Below, piece by piece: positions 1-7,627 of a stretch of 24,000 nt of DNA. Position 1 is the first letter of the stretch; every line of letters begins with the position of its first letter. The stretch is from Actinomycetota bacterium. Lineage in GTDB: Bacteria; Actinomycetota; Actinomycetes; JACCUZ01. The position numbers and the translations under genes were made by a program. The notes beneath the pieces were generated by a model. The model saw only the letters and a list, made by a program, of their open reading frames with translations, searched no databases and was not told where the DNA came from. The stretch is taken from positions 5,148 to 29,147 of the forward strand of contig JAVEDB010000129.1 of assembly GCA_030841185.1 (NCBI GenBank). The letters run 5' to 3'.

Positions 1-799
1 CCTCGAGGCAGCCGGTGTTACCGCACCGGCAGAGGATGCTGTCGTCGTCCTGCACGGACACGTGCCCGATGTCGCCGGCCGCGCCCTGAGCACCCCGGTG
101 CAGGCGCCCGGCCGAGATGAGCCCGGCGCCGATGCCGGTGCCGACCTTGACGTACAGCAGCTCCTGCTCACCGCGCCCGATCCCGGCGCGCAGCTCGCCG
201 AGGGCCATCACGTTCACGTCGTTGTCGATCCAGGCGGGCACCTGGTAGCGCTCGGCGAGCCGGTCCCGGACCGGGTAGTTGTCCCAGCCGGGCATGATCG
301 GCGGCACGATCGGGCGGCCCGCGGAGAACTCCACCGGTCCGGGCAGGCCCAGGCCGACACCCCACAGAGGTACGCCGGGAGGCCGCTCGGCCACCAGCTC
401 GTCGAAGAGCTGCTCGAGTCTGGCCAGCGTCGCCTCCGGCCCGGCCGCGACGTCGCAGCCCTCGGTGCGCTGGGCGAAAAGGTGGCCGCCGAGGTCACTG
501 AGCCCGACCTGGAGATCCGTCGCGCCGAGCTCGGCCACCAGCAGGCAGCCCGCCTCGGCGCGGAAGCGGAGCTCGCGGGACGGGCGCCCGCCAGTCGACG
601 GAGCCAGCCGGCCCTCGTCGATCAAGCCGAAGTCCACGAGCTGGGCCACCCGCTGGCTGACCACGTTGCGGCCCAGGCCGAGCTCACGGACCAGGGCCGG
701 TCGGGTCCGGATGCCGCCACCGCGCACGGCGCCGAGCACCAGGGCGAGCGAGTCCAGCTGATCCGGAGCCAGGCCGGCGGCCGGGGGCGCGACACTCAC
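1..799 (-). CDS. ROK-family transcriptional regulator (wHTH plus sugar-kinase-like fold); the C-terminal end runs off the window start
   Basis: Absent from the ORF track because it is open at the window edge. My minus-strand translation from the GTG (complement of 797-799) reads VSVAPPAAGLAPDQLDSLALVLGAVRGGGIRTRPALVREL...LLYVKVGTGIGAGLISAGRLHRGAQGAAGDIGHVSVQDDDSILCRCGNTGCLE. The CxCGxxGCLE zinc motif and glycine loops are ROK hallmarks. A GAGGAGG SD lies 5 nt upstream of the GTG. 799 down to 2 is 798 nt, so the frame is consistent. Track ORF 62..847 (+) is its antisense shadow. Confidence 0.85.
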   Translation of the reverse strand, partial: MSVAPPAAGLAPDQLDSLALVLGAVRGGGIRTRPALVRELGLGRNVVSQRVAQLVDFGLIDEGRLAPSTGGRPSRELRFRAEAGCLLVAELGATDLQVGLSDLGGHLFAQRTEGCDVAAGPEATLARLEQLFDELVAERPPGVPLWGVGLGLPGPVEFSAGRPIVPPIMPGWDNYPVRDRLAERYQVPAWIDNDVNVMALGELRAGIGRGEQELLYVKVGTGIGAGLISAGRLHRGAQGAAGDIGHVSVQDDDSILCRCGNTGCLE

Positions 800-857
800 C
801 AGCGCCTCCTCAGGTCCAGCCGCGGTCACCGTGTTCCCCCGTCATAGCCACTAAACC

Positions 858-869
858 TTATCCGCAGCG
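858..869. repeat. 12-nt direct repeat TTATCCGCAGCG (copy 1), candidate operator in the divergent control region
   Basis: Matches 958-969 at 11 of 12 positions, exactly 100 bp away. It abuts a minus-strand TAAGGT (860..855) that could be the -10 of the ROK gene. Confidence 0.4.
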
Positions 870-931
870 TAAGCGGGCGCATTGACCGGCTTGGCCCGAC
901 TGCTCAGGTCCACTCTTATGCCCTCAAGGGG

Positions 932-959
932 TTGACTTTTGCTCGTGACGTGCAATATT
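932..959 (+). promoter_or_regulatory. Candidate sigma-70-type promoter for the sugar operon (TTGACT, 16 nt spacer, AATATT)
   Basis: TTGACT at 932-937 and AATATT at 954-959 lie in the only AT-rich patch of the 800-1023 intergenic region. This is a motif match only. Confidence 0.3.
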
Positions 960-969
960 ACCCGCAGCG
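958..969. repeat. 12-nt direct repeat TTACCCGCAGCG (copy 2), candidate operator overlapping or just downstream of the putative -10
   Basis: Second copy of the 858-869 motif. It starts inside the AATATT hexamer, a typical repressor position. Confidence 0.4.
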
Positions 970-1023
970 ATGTGGCCCGCATCACGTTCAGAGGTCACGT
1001 CGAGCGCCGAGAAGGGAGCGCCC

Positions 1024-2130
1024 GTGTCACCGACCCTTGCGGGTCCCCGCCGTGCGGGGATCGTTGGCACCGGCTTCATCGCGGACGTGCACGCCCACGC
1101 CGTGCGCGCCGCCGGGGGCCAGGTCAGCGCGGTGCTCGGCAGCAGCCCCCAGGCCACCGCGGACGGCCGGCAGCGGATCGGCGTCCTCCGCGGTGCGCTC
1201 GACCTGGCGGACCTGGTCGCTGCCGACGACGTGGACGTCGTGCACATCTGCACGCCCAATCACACGCACCTCGAGATGGCGGAAGCCGCCCTCGCGGCGG
1301 GGAAGCACGTGATCTGCGAGAAGCCCCTCGCGACCTCGGTCGCTGACGCCCGCCGGCTCACCGAGCTGGCCGCGGGAGCGGGCCGGGTCGCCAGCGTGCC
1401 CTTCGTCTACCGCTTCTACGCCTCCGTCCGGGAGGCCAGAGATCGGATCGCGCGCAGCACCAGCGGGCCGCTCTGGCTCCTGCACGGCACCTACCTCCAG
1501 GACTGGCTGGCGACCGCCGAGCTGACCAACTGGCGCGTCGACCCCGCGGTCGGCGGCTCATCCCGCGCGTTCGGCGACATCGGGGTGCACTGGTGCGACC
1601 TGATGGAGTTCACGACCGGCCACCGGATCGTCCGCTTGGCCGCGCGGATGGGCCGCGCCTTCCCGCAGCGCAAGACGGCCCAGGGGCTCACTGACGTGCA
1701 CACCGAGGACGGCGCGGTGGTCGTCTTCGAGACCGACCGCGGAGCCATGGGATCCGTCGTCGTTTCGCAGGTGACGCCCGGCCGCAAGAACCGGGTGTGG
1801 TTCTCCTTCGACGGTCCCGACAGCTCGTACTCGTTCGACCAGGAGGTGCCGGACAGCCTGTGGGTCGGCACCCGCGCCCAGAACCTCGTCGTGATGCGCG
1901 GGTCCGACGAGTTCGGGAAGGCTGCCTCGGCGTACTCCCGGCTGCCCGCGGGTCACCCGCAGGGGTACCAGGACGCGTTCAACGCGTACGTCGCTGATGT
2001 GTACGCCGGCATCGCGGGCGACGTGCCGGACGGCCTACCCACCTTCGACGACGGGTTGCGTGCCGCGGTCGTGACGCAGGCCGTTGTCGACGCCGCCGCG
2101 TCGGAGACCTGGATCGAGGTGCCGGCATGA
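1024..2130 (+). CDS. Gfo/Idh/MocA-family NAD(P)-dependent oxidoreductase
   Basis: Track ORF 970..2130. N-terminal Rossmann motif GIVGTGFIADVHAHAV and the family EKP motif (HVICEKPLA). I prefer the GTG at 1024 because GGGAG lies 5 nt upstream and the Rossmann loop then sits about 10 aa from the N-terminus. The ATG at 970 remains possible. The stop overlaps the next gene (ATGA). Confidence 0.85.
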   Translation: MSPTLAGPRRAGIVGTGFIADVHAHAVRAAGGQVSAVLGSSPQATADGRQRIGVLRGALDLADLVAADDVDVVHICTPNHTHLEMAEAALAAGKHVICEKPLATSVADARRLTELAAGAGRVASVPFVYRFYASVREARDRIARSTSGPLWLLHGTYLQDWLATAELTNWRVDPAVGGSSRAFGDIGVHWCDLMEFTTGHRIVRLAARMGRAFPQRKTAQGLTDVHTEDGAVVVFETDRGAMGSVVVSQVTPGRKNRVWFSFDGPDSSYSFDQEVPDSLWVGTRAQNLVVMRGSDEFGKAASAYSRLPAGHPQGYQDAFNAYVADVYAGIAGDVPDGLPTFDDGLRAAVVTQAVVDAAASETWIEVPA

Positions 2131-3722
2131 GCACGAGCGAGACCATGAGTGAGGCCCCGATCCTGTCGCTCACCGGGATCGTCAAGACCTTCCCGGGCGT
2201 CCGTGCGCTCGACGGCGTGGAGCTCGAGGTGCTGGCGGGCGAGGTGCACTGCCTGCTGGGGCAGAACGGTGCCGGCAAGTCCACCCTGATCAAGGTCCTC
2301 GCGGGAGTGCACCGACCCGATGCGGGCTCGATGGTCTGGCGGGGCGAGGAGGTCTCGTTCAACTCGCCGCTGGCCGCCACGAAGGCCGGCATCTCGACGA
2401 TCTACCAGGAGTTGGACCTCGTCGACGAACTCACCGTCGCGGAGAACATCTTCCTCGGCCACGAGCAGGCCGCCGGCGGCTTCATCCGGCGGGGCCAGAT
2501 GAGAGCGGGCGCGAAAGCCGTCCTGGACCGACTGGGTCACGGCGACATCCCCGCGACGCGCAAGGTCGGAAAGTTGCCCGCTGCCGCGAAGCAGATCGTG
2601 AGCATGGGGCGCGCTCTCTCGCACGATGCGCAGCTGCTCGTGATGGACGAGCCGAGCGCGGTGCTCGCCCACGACGAGGTGGCGAACCTGTTCCGCGTCA
2701 TCCGGGATCTGACGTCGCGCGGGATCGCCGTCATCTACATCACGCACCGGCTCGAGGAGATCCGCGAGATCGGCGACCGGGTGACCGTGCTGAAGGACGG
2801 CCGCACCTCTGCCGTGAACCTGCCGGCGCGGAGCACAGGGACCGACCAGCTCGTCTCGCGGATGACCGGCCGGACCATCGAGTACATCTTCCCGGCGCGC
2901 ACCGAACGTGCCGAGGCCCCGGCGGGTCCTCCGCTGCTCGAGGTCGTCGATCTGAGCCGGGCCGGCGAGTTCGTGGACGTCTCGCTGACGGTCAGGGCCG
3001 GTGAGATCGTCGGCATCGCCGGTCTCGTCGGCTCCGGTCGGTCCGAGCTGCTCGAGACGATCTACGGCGCGCGGCCGGCTCAGTCCGGTGAGGTGCGGCT
3101 GGACGGCCGCCGGCTCCCACCGGGTCGCGTCCCCGCAGCGGTCCGCTCGGGGCTTGGCCTGGCACCGGAGGAGCGGAAGAGCCAGGCACTCATCCTCGAG
3201 GACCCGATCTACCGCAACATCACCCTCGCCACCTTCGCGCACCATGCGAGGGGCGGCATCACCCGCGCGTCGCTCGAGCAGACGGTGGCGGCAGAGATCG
3301 CCGATGACCTCGCACTGCAGCCACGCGGCGTCCGCCGCCCCGTCAAGACGCTGTCCGGTGGCAACCAGCAGAAGGTCGTCCTGGGTCGATGGCTCCTGGA
3401 CCCGGCGGTCGAGCCGGGGAGCGGAGCGGCCCGGCGACGGGCGTCGCGAGGGACCCGGCTGTTGCTGCTCGACGAGCCGACACGCGGGGTGGACGTGGGC
3501 GCCCGGGCCGACCTCTACCGCGTCATCCGCCGGTTGGCTGACGAGGGCATGGGGGTGCTCATGGTCTCCAGCGAGGTGCCCGAGGTGCTCGGGCTGGCCG
3601 ACCGGGTGCTCGTCATGCGAGAGGGCCGCGTGCTGCGCGAGGCCCCGGCCGCGGAGCTCGACGAGGAGACCGTCCTCGATCTCGTCATGGCGGGATCGCT
3701 ACTGGAAGTGGACAGCCCATGA
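2127..3722 (+). CDS. Sugar ABC transporter ATP-binding protein, two fused NBDs (CUT2, RbsA/MglA-like)
   Basis: NBD1 has Walker A GQNGAGKST and Walker B LLVMDEPS. NBD2 has GLVGSGRSE, signature LSGGNQQK and LLLLDEPTRGVDVGA. ATGA overlaps occur at both ends (2127-2130 and 3719-3722). Confidence 0.95.
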   Translation: MSTSETMSEAPILSLTGIVKTFPGVRALDGVELEVLAGEVHCLLGQNGAGKSTLIKVLAGVHRPDAGSMVWRGEEVSFNSPLAATKAGISTIYQELDLVDELTVAENIFLGHEQAAGGFIRRGQMRAGAKAVLDRLGHGDIPATRKVGKLPAAAKQIVSMGRALSHDAQLLVMDEPSAVLAHDEVANLFRVIRDLTSRGIAVIYITHRLEEIREIGDRVTVLKDGRTSAVNLPARSTGTDQLVSRMTGRTIEYIFPARTERAEAPAGPPLLEVVDLSRAGEFVDVSLTVRAGEIVGIAGLVGSGRSELLETIYGARPAQSGEVRLDGRRLPPGRVPAAVRSGLGLAPEERKSQALILEDPIYRNITLATFAHHARGGITRASLEQTVAAEIADDLALQPRGVRRPVKTLSGGNQQKVVLGRWLLDPAVEPGSGAARRRASRGTRLLLLDEPTRGVDVGARADLYRVIRRLADEGMGVLMVSSEVPEVLGLADRVLVMREGRVLREAPAAELDEETVLDLVMAGSLLEVDSP

Positions 3723-4771
3723 CAGAGCCCGTCGACGTCGCCGACCATCGCCCCGCGGGTCCAGGTCCCGCTGACCGCGGATGGTCGTTCAGCCAGTGGT
3801 TCCGCGCGGACGCCAGCGAACCCGTGCGTCGCAACCTCGGCCTCGTGATCGTGCTGATCGTCCTCTACGCGATCGGCGCGTGGAGCCGGCCGGACATCTT
3901 CCTGCACGCCGACCGGCTGTGGAGCAACGAGCTCACCGTTCTCACGCTGGCGTCGAGCATCGGCGTCGTCGCGATCGGCATGACGTTCGTCATCATCAGC
4001 GGCGGCATCGACCTGTCGGTGGGCGCCCTGCTCGCCTTGGCCAGTGTCTGGTCGACCACCGTGGCAACTCAGAGCTACGGCGCGGCGACCATGGTCCTCG
4101 CGGCGCTGCTCGTCGGGACCATCGCCGGAGTGGTCAACGGAACCCTGATCGCGTACGGCCGGATGGCGCCGTTCATCGCGACGCTGGCGATGATGGTCGC
4201 GGCCCGCGGCCTCGCGCAGAAGATCTCCGGCAAGACGACTCAGGTCGTCTCGGTCCATGCCATCACCGACATCGCGCAGCGCAAGGTGCTGGGTCTCCCG
4301 CTGCTCGTCGTCATCTTCGGAGTCGTCGCGGTCCTGGCCTGGGTGTTGCTCAACAGAACGACGTTCGGCCGGCGCAGCGCCGCAATCGGCGGCAATGGTG
4401 AAGCCGCCCGGCTCGCCGGCATCAACGTGCGCCGTACCCAGGTGCTCATCTACGCGCTGTCCGGTCTGTGCTGTGGCATCGCCGCCATCATGGTGACGGC
4501 GCAGGCCAACTCGGGTTCGTCCGACCACGGCAACCTGTACGAGCTGCAGGCCATCGCCGCGGTCATCATCGGTGGCACTGCGCTCGCCGGCGGCCGCGGC
4601 ACCATCGTCGGCTCGGTGCTGGGCGTCCTCGTCTTCACGCAGATCACGAACCTGTTCATCGTGAACAACCTGGCGATCGAGTACCAGCTCATCGCGCAGG
4701 GCGTGATCATCGTCGCCGCCGTACTCGTCCAGCAGTTCCGCGTCAGCTCTCTGCGCCGCGGTCCGGCATGA
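3719..4771 (+). CDS. Sugar ABC transporter permease (RbsC/AraH-like)
   Basis: 350 aa and strongly hydrophobic, with multiple TM segments such as GVVAIGMTFVIISGGIDLSVGALLALASV. Translationally coupled to the ATPase gene by ATGA. Confidence 0.9.
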   Translation: MTEPVDVADHRPAGPGPADRGWSFSQWFRADASEPVRRNLGLVIVLIVLYAIGAWSRPDIFLHADRLWSNELTVLTLASSIGVVAIGMTFVIISGGIDLSVGALLALASVWSTTVATQSYGAATMVLAALLVGTIAGVVNGTLIAYGRMAPFIATLAMMVAARGLAQKISGKTTQVVSVHAITDIAQRKVLGLPLLVVIFGVVAVLAWVLLNRTTFGRRSAAIGGNGEAARLAGINVRRTQVLIYALSGLCCGIAAIMVTAQANSGSSDHGNLYELQAIAAVIIGGTALAGGRGTIVGSVLGVLVFTQITNLFIVNNLAIEYQLIAQGVIIVAAVLVQQFRVSSLRRGPA

Positions 4772-4845
4772 CGCCCCGAAGGGCACGGCCCACCTCTACC
4801 CCCGAGAAAACCAACCGCACGACCTACCTCAACCCAGGAGAACCA

Positions 4846-5907
4846 ATGACCGTTCGAGTGACCAACAGGTACAGCGCAGGGCGCCGTCGGCTGCTCACGG
4901 CGGTCGCCGTCGTCGCCGCCGGTGTCGTGCTGACGAGCTGCACGTCCAACACACCCAAGAGCAGCAACAGTGGATCGACCTCCAGCTCGTCGTCCACTGG
5001 GGCAGCAGCGACCGGGAAGAAGGTGCGGATCCTGTTCTCCGGCCCGGTGGCCGACCACGGCTTCCTGGCCGCCATCAACTCGTTCGCCAAGGCGGAGGCG
5101 GCGAAGTACCCCGACGTCGACTTCAAGGCGCTCGAGGCAGCTGCGGACGCGCCGTCACAGATTGCGGCCGTGCAGACCGCCATCGCCGAGAAGCCCGACG
5201 CGCTCATCATCTTCCCGCAGGACGGCGACCAGCTGACCGGCGTCGGCAAGGCCGCTACCGCTGCCGGCATCCCCGTCATCAACCTCGACCGGAAGTTCAA
5301 CGACGCGAGCGCCTACCGGATGTTCCTCGCCGGCGACAACTACAAGGTCGGCTTCAACGCCGGCACGTACATCGGCCAGAAGCTCAAGGGCAAGCCCAAC
5401 TCGGTCATCGGTGAGATCACCGGCATCGCGACGCTGGCGCTGACCAAGGAGCGCTCGCAGGGCTTCAAGGACGCACTCGCCATCTACGGCCTGAAGGTGT
5501 CGCGCCAGGTCAATGCGTCCTTCACGGTGCAGTCCGGTCAGCAGGCCATGGCGAACCTGCTCGCGGCGGCCCCGCACCTCGACGCGGTCTTCAACCACGA
5601 TGACGACCAGAACATCGGCTCGGAGGCAGCCGCCGCACAGGCCGGTCGCAAGGAGTTCTTCATCGTGGGGACCGCCTGCTCGAACACGATGCTCAAGCAC
5701 ATCAAGGCCGGCGACGCGCGGATCGAGGCGGACGTGACCTTCACGCCGGCCATCTCGGCCACCGCCGTGTCGATGGCACGGCTGATCGCGCAGGGCCGTT
5801 CGATGCCGGACTTGGCAGGCCTGCCAATGCCGAGCAACATGCTCATCGACTCGGAACTGGTCACCAAGGACAACGTCGCCCAGTTCGAGAAGTTCGGCTG
5901 GGACTAG
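4846..5907 (+). CDS. Sugar ABC transporter substrate-binding lipoprotein (type I periplasmic-binding fold, RbsB-like)
   Basis: Track ORF 4468..5907 has a false Arg/His-rich extension. The in-frame ATG at 4846 follows AGGAG and gives MTVRVTNRYSAGRRRLLTAVAVVAAGVVLTSC, i.e. a signal peptide with lipobox LTSC, then a Ser-rich linker. Confidence 0.9.
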   Translation: MTVRVTNRYSAGRRRLLTAVAVVAAGVVLTSCTSNTPKSSNSGSTSSSSSTGAAATGKKVRILFSGPVADHGFLAAINSFAKAEAAKYPDVDFKALEAAADAPSQIAAVQTAIAEKPDALIIFPQDGDQLTGVGKAATAAGIPVINLDRKFNDASAYRMFLAGDNYKVGFNAGTYIGQKLKGKPNSVIGEITGIATLALTKERSQGFKDALAIYGLKVSRQVNASFTVQSGQQAMANLLAAAPHLDAVFNHDDDQNIGSEAAAAQAGRKEFFIVGTACSNTMLKHIKAGDARIEADVTFTPAISATAVSMARLIAQGRSMPDLAGLPMPSNMLIDSELVTKDNVAQFEKFGWD

Positions 5908-5913
5908 CGGCAC

Positions 5914-5954
5914 CCAGCGGGGCCGGCCGGGCACGTTCCGGCCGGACCCGCTGG
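5914..5954 (+). terminator. Intra-operon GC-rich hairpin (16 bp plus 1 mismatch, 7-nt loop) after the binding-protein gene
   Basis: CCAGCGGGGCCGGCCGG gcacgtt CCGGCCGGACCCGCTGG, paired by hand with one G/A mismatch. It has no clear U-tract, so it could be a partial terminator or an mRNA-stabilising stem. Confidence 0.5.
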
Positions 5955-5982
5955 ACCATTCCTTCACACGACGGGAGCACCA

Positions 5983-7011
5983 GTGCGTCGGCCGATCACC
6001 CTGTTCACCGGCCAGTGGGCCGACCTGCCGTTCGAGGAGGTCGCCCGGCTGGCGGCGAGCTGGGGGTACGACGGGCTGGAGATCGCGTGCTGGGGTGACC
6101 ACCTCGACGTGGCCCGAGCGGTCAGCGACCCGGCGTACCTGCAAAGCCGCCGCGACATCCTCGACGAGCACGGCCTGCAGGTCTTCGCCATCTCCAACCA
6201 CCTCGCCGGCCAGGCGGTCTGCGACGACCCGATCGATGCCCGGCACGAGAACATGCTGCTGCCGGCGATCTGGGGGGACGGTGATCCCGAGGGCGTGCGG
6301 GCGCGCGCTGCCCAGGCGCTGAAGGACACCGCGGTCGTAGCGGCCCGCCTCGGTGTCGACACGGTCGTCGGCTTCACCGGCTCCGCGGCGTGGAAGTACG
6401 TCGCGATGTTCCCGCCCGTCTCGCAGGCACTGCTCGACGCGGCCTACCAGGACTTCGCCGACCGGTGGAACCCGATCCTCGATGTCTTCGATGCCGAAGG
6501 AGTGCGTTTCGCGCACGAGGTCCACCCGAGCGAGATCGCGTACGACTACTACACGACGGAGCGCGCGCTCGAGGCGATCGGCCATCGTCCGGCCTTCGGC
6601 CTGAACTGGGACCCGAGCCACTTCGTCTGGCAGGCGCTGGACCCGGTGATGTTCCTCTGGGACTTCCGCGACCGCATCTATCACGTCGACTGCAAGGACA
6701 CCCGGTTGCGCACCGGCAACGGCCGGCGTGGGGTGCTCGGGTCGCACCTGCCCTGGGCGGATCCGCGCCGCGGCTGGGACTTCGTCTCGACCGGCCACGG
6801 CGACGTGCCGTGGGAGGACTGCTTCCGCATGCTCAACACGATCGGTTACGCGGGCCCGCTCTCGATCGAGTGGGAGGACGCCGGCATGGACCGGCTCGTC
6901 GGGGCGCCGCAGGCCCGGCAGTTCGTCGCGGACCTGGTGTTCGACCCTCCGCAGCTCGCGTTCGACGCGGCATTCGCGGTCGAGCGGGACGACCCGCCAG
7001 CTGACCGCTGA
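5983..7011 (+). CDS. Sugar phosphate isomerase/epimerase-like protein (xylose-isomerase-like TIM barrel)
   Basis: 342 aa. The GTG start is preceded by GGGAG. The N-terminus WADLPFEEVARLAASWGYDGLEIACWGDH and later HEVHPSEIAYD, NWDPSHF and SIEWED are typical metal-binding strands of this fold family, recognised by pattern only. Confidence 0.85.
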   Translation: MRRPITLFTGQWADLPFEEVARLAASWGYDGLEIACWGDHLDVARAVSDPAYLQSRRDILDEHGLQVFAISNHLAGQAVCDDPIDARHENMLLPAIWGDGDPEGVRARAAQALKDTAVVAARLGVDTVVGFTGSAAWKYVAMFPPVSQALLDAAYQDFADRWNPILDVFDAEGVRFAHEVHPSEIAYDYYTTERALEAIGHRPAFGLNWDPSHFVWQALDPVMFLWDFRDRIYHVDCKDTRLRTGNGRRGVLGSHLPWADPRRGWDFVSTGHGDVPWEDCFRMLNTIGYAGPLSIEWEDAGMDRLVGAPQARQFVADLVFDPPQLAFDAAFAVERDDPPADR

Positions 7012-7115
7012 CGTTGCCAGCCACCGCACAGTGCCGGGACAGGCCCTGCCCAGACGCCGGTACGAACCTCTTCCCATGGCCCGAGAGTCGGCGCCACACA
7101 GAAGAGGAGACCACG

Positions 7116-7535
7116 ATGAACACGTCCATGAAGGCGAAGAAGGCCGTTGCGGCCAGTGCGCTGTTGGTGACCGGGCTCGGCGTCGGCGCGGCCGTTGCGA
7201 GCACCACCACCGCCAGTGCCGCGACCACCGCGGCAACCGGCGCAGTGACCGCGACGGCCCAGACCCTCGATCCGACCAAGAGCATGCGCCCCGACGAGCA
7301 CCTGCTCACCGGCAGCACCGCGGCGAAGGTCCGCGCGCTGGCGCTGGCGAAGTACCCGGGCGCGACGATCCAGCGCGTCGAGACCGACTCCGACGGCGTC
7401 TACGAGGCGCACATCGTGACCAGCGCGGGCGCGCAGCTCATCGTGCAGGTCGGCAAGGACTTCACCGTCACCGGTACGCAGACCGGTGGCGGGCCGGGGG
7501 GACCAGCCCCGGCGCAGAGCTCCACCGCCGGCTGA
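7116..7535 (+). CDS. Small secreted or membrane-anchored PepSY-like domain protein
   Basis: Track ORF 7014..7535. The in-frame ATG at 7116 follows GAAGAGGAG and gives MNTSMKAKKAVAASALLVTGLGVGAAVAS (signal or anchor), then a Thr/Ala linker. The C-terminal stretch AKVRALALAKYPGATIQRVETDSDGVYEAHIVTSAGAQLIVQVGKDFTVTG resembles the PepSY pattern. Confidence 0.7.
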   Translation: MNTSMKAKKAVAASALLVTGLGVGAAVASTTTASAATTAATGAVTATAQTLDPTKSMRPDEHLLTGSTAAKVRALALAKYPGATIQRVETDSDGVYEAHIVTSAGAQLIVQVGKDFTVTGTQTGGGPGGPAPAQSSTAG

Positions 7536-7561
7536 CCGGCTCAAGCGGTGCGCAGCACGTC

Positions 7562-7594
7562 AGCGGGGCCCGGCCGACGGCCGGGCCCCGCTGC
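7562..7594. terminator. Perfect 15-bp stem, 3-nt loop hairpin between convergent genes (likely bidirectional terminator)
   Basis: CAGCGGGGCCCGGCC gac GGCCGGGCCCCGCTG, with every pair checked by hand. It lies between the + gene ending at 7535 and the - gene ending at 7628. Confidence 0.65.
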
Positions 7595-7627
7595 GACGCT
7601 GCACCGTTCGTGCTGTGTCCGAAGTCG

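Noticed and set aside
62-847. 261-aa + strand ORF covering the start of the window
   Set aside because: It is the antisense shadow of the ROK regulator. Its translation is Arg/Ala/Gly/Pro/His-rich with no motifs, whereas the minus frame gives a textbook ROK sequence with an SD.
970-1023. ATG at 970 as the oxidoreductase start (track call), possibly leaderless given the nearby -10-like hexamer
   Set aside because: It is not excluded, but the GTG at 1024 has a GGGAG SD and gives the usual short N-terminus before the Rossmann GxGxxG. The extra 18 codons encode a Ser/Arg-rich stretch with no counterpart that I know of in the family.
3398-3459. 9-bp direct repeat GGACCCGGC (3398-3406 and 3451-3459) flanking the NBD2 insertion, considered as a target-site or slippage footprint
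   Set aside because: The copies are 53 nt apart, not a multiple of three. Excision between them would frameshift the gene. A 9-mer of this composition can recur by chance in GC-rich DNA.
1953-4786. 430-aa (1953..3245) and 423-aa (3515..4786) minus-strand ORFs
   Set aside because: They are antisense to the ABC ATPase and permease. They have the same Arg/Asp/His-rich junk composition and no SD or motifs.
5155-7236. 693-aa minus-strand ORF, the longest in the track
   Set aside because: It lies entirely antisense to the binding-protein and TIM-barrel genes. Its composition (R, P, G, D, H, V runs) is typical of an out-of-frame high-GC reading, it has no recognisable domain, and the plus-strand genes have strong motif support.
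5983-7535. Idea that the TIM-barrel protein plus the following small gene form a two-subunit C-glycoside deglycosidase (DgpB/C or CarB/C-like)
   Set aside because: The downstream 139-aa protein has a signal peptide or anchor and a PepSY-like domain, so it is extracytoplasmic. It is also separated by about 100 nt and has its own SD. There is no sequence evidence for the small cytoplasmic subunit.
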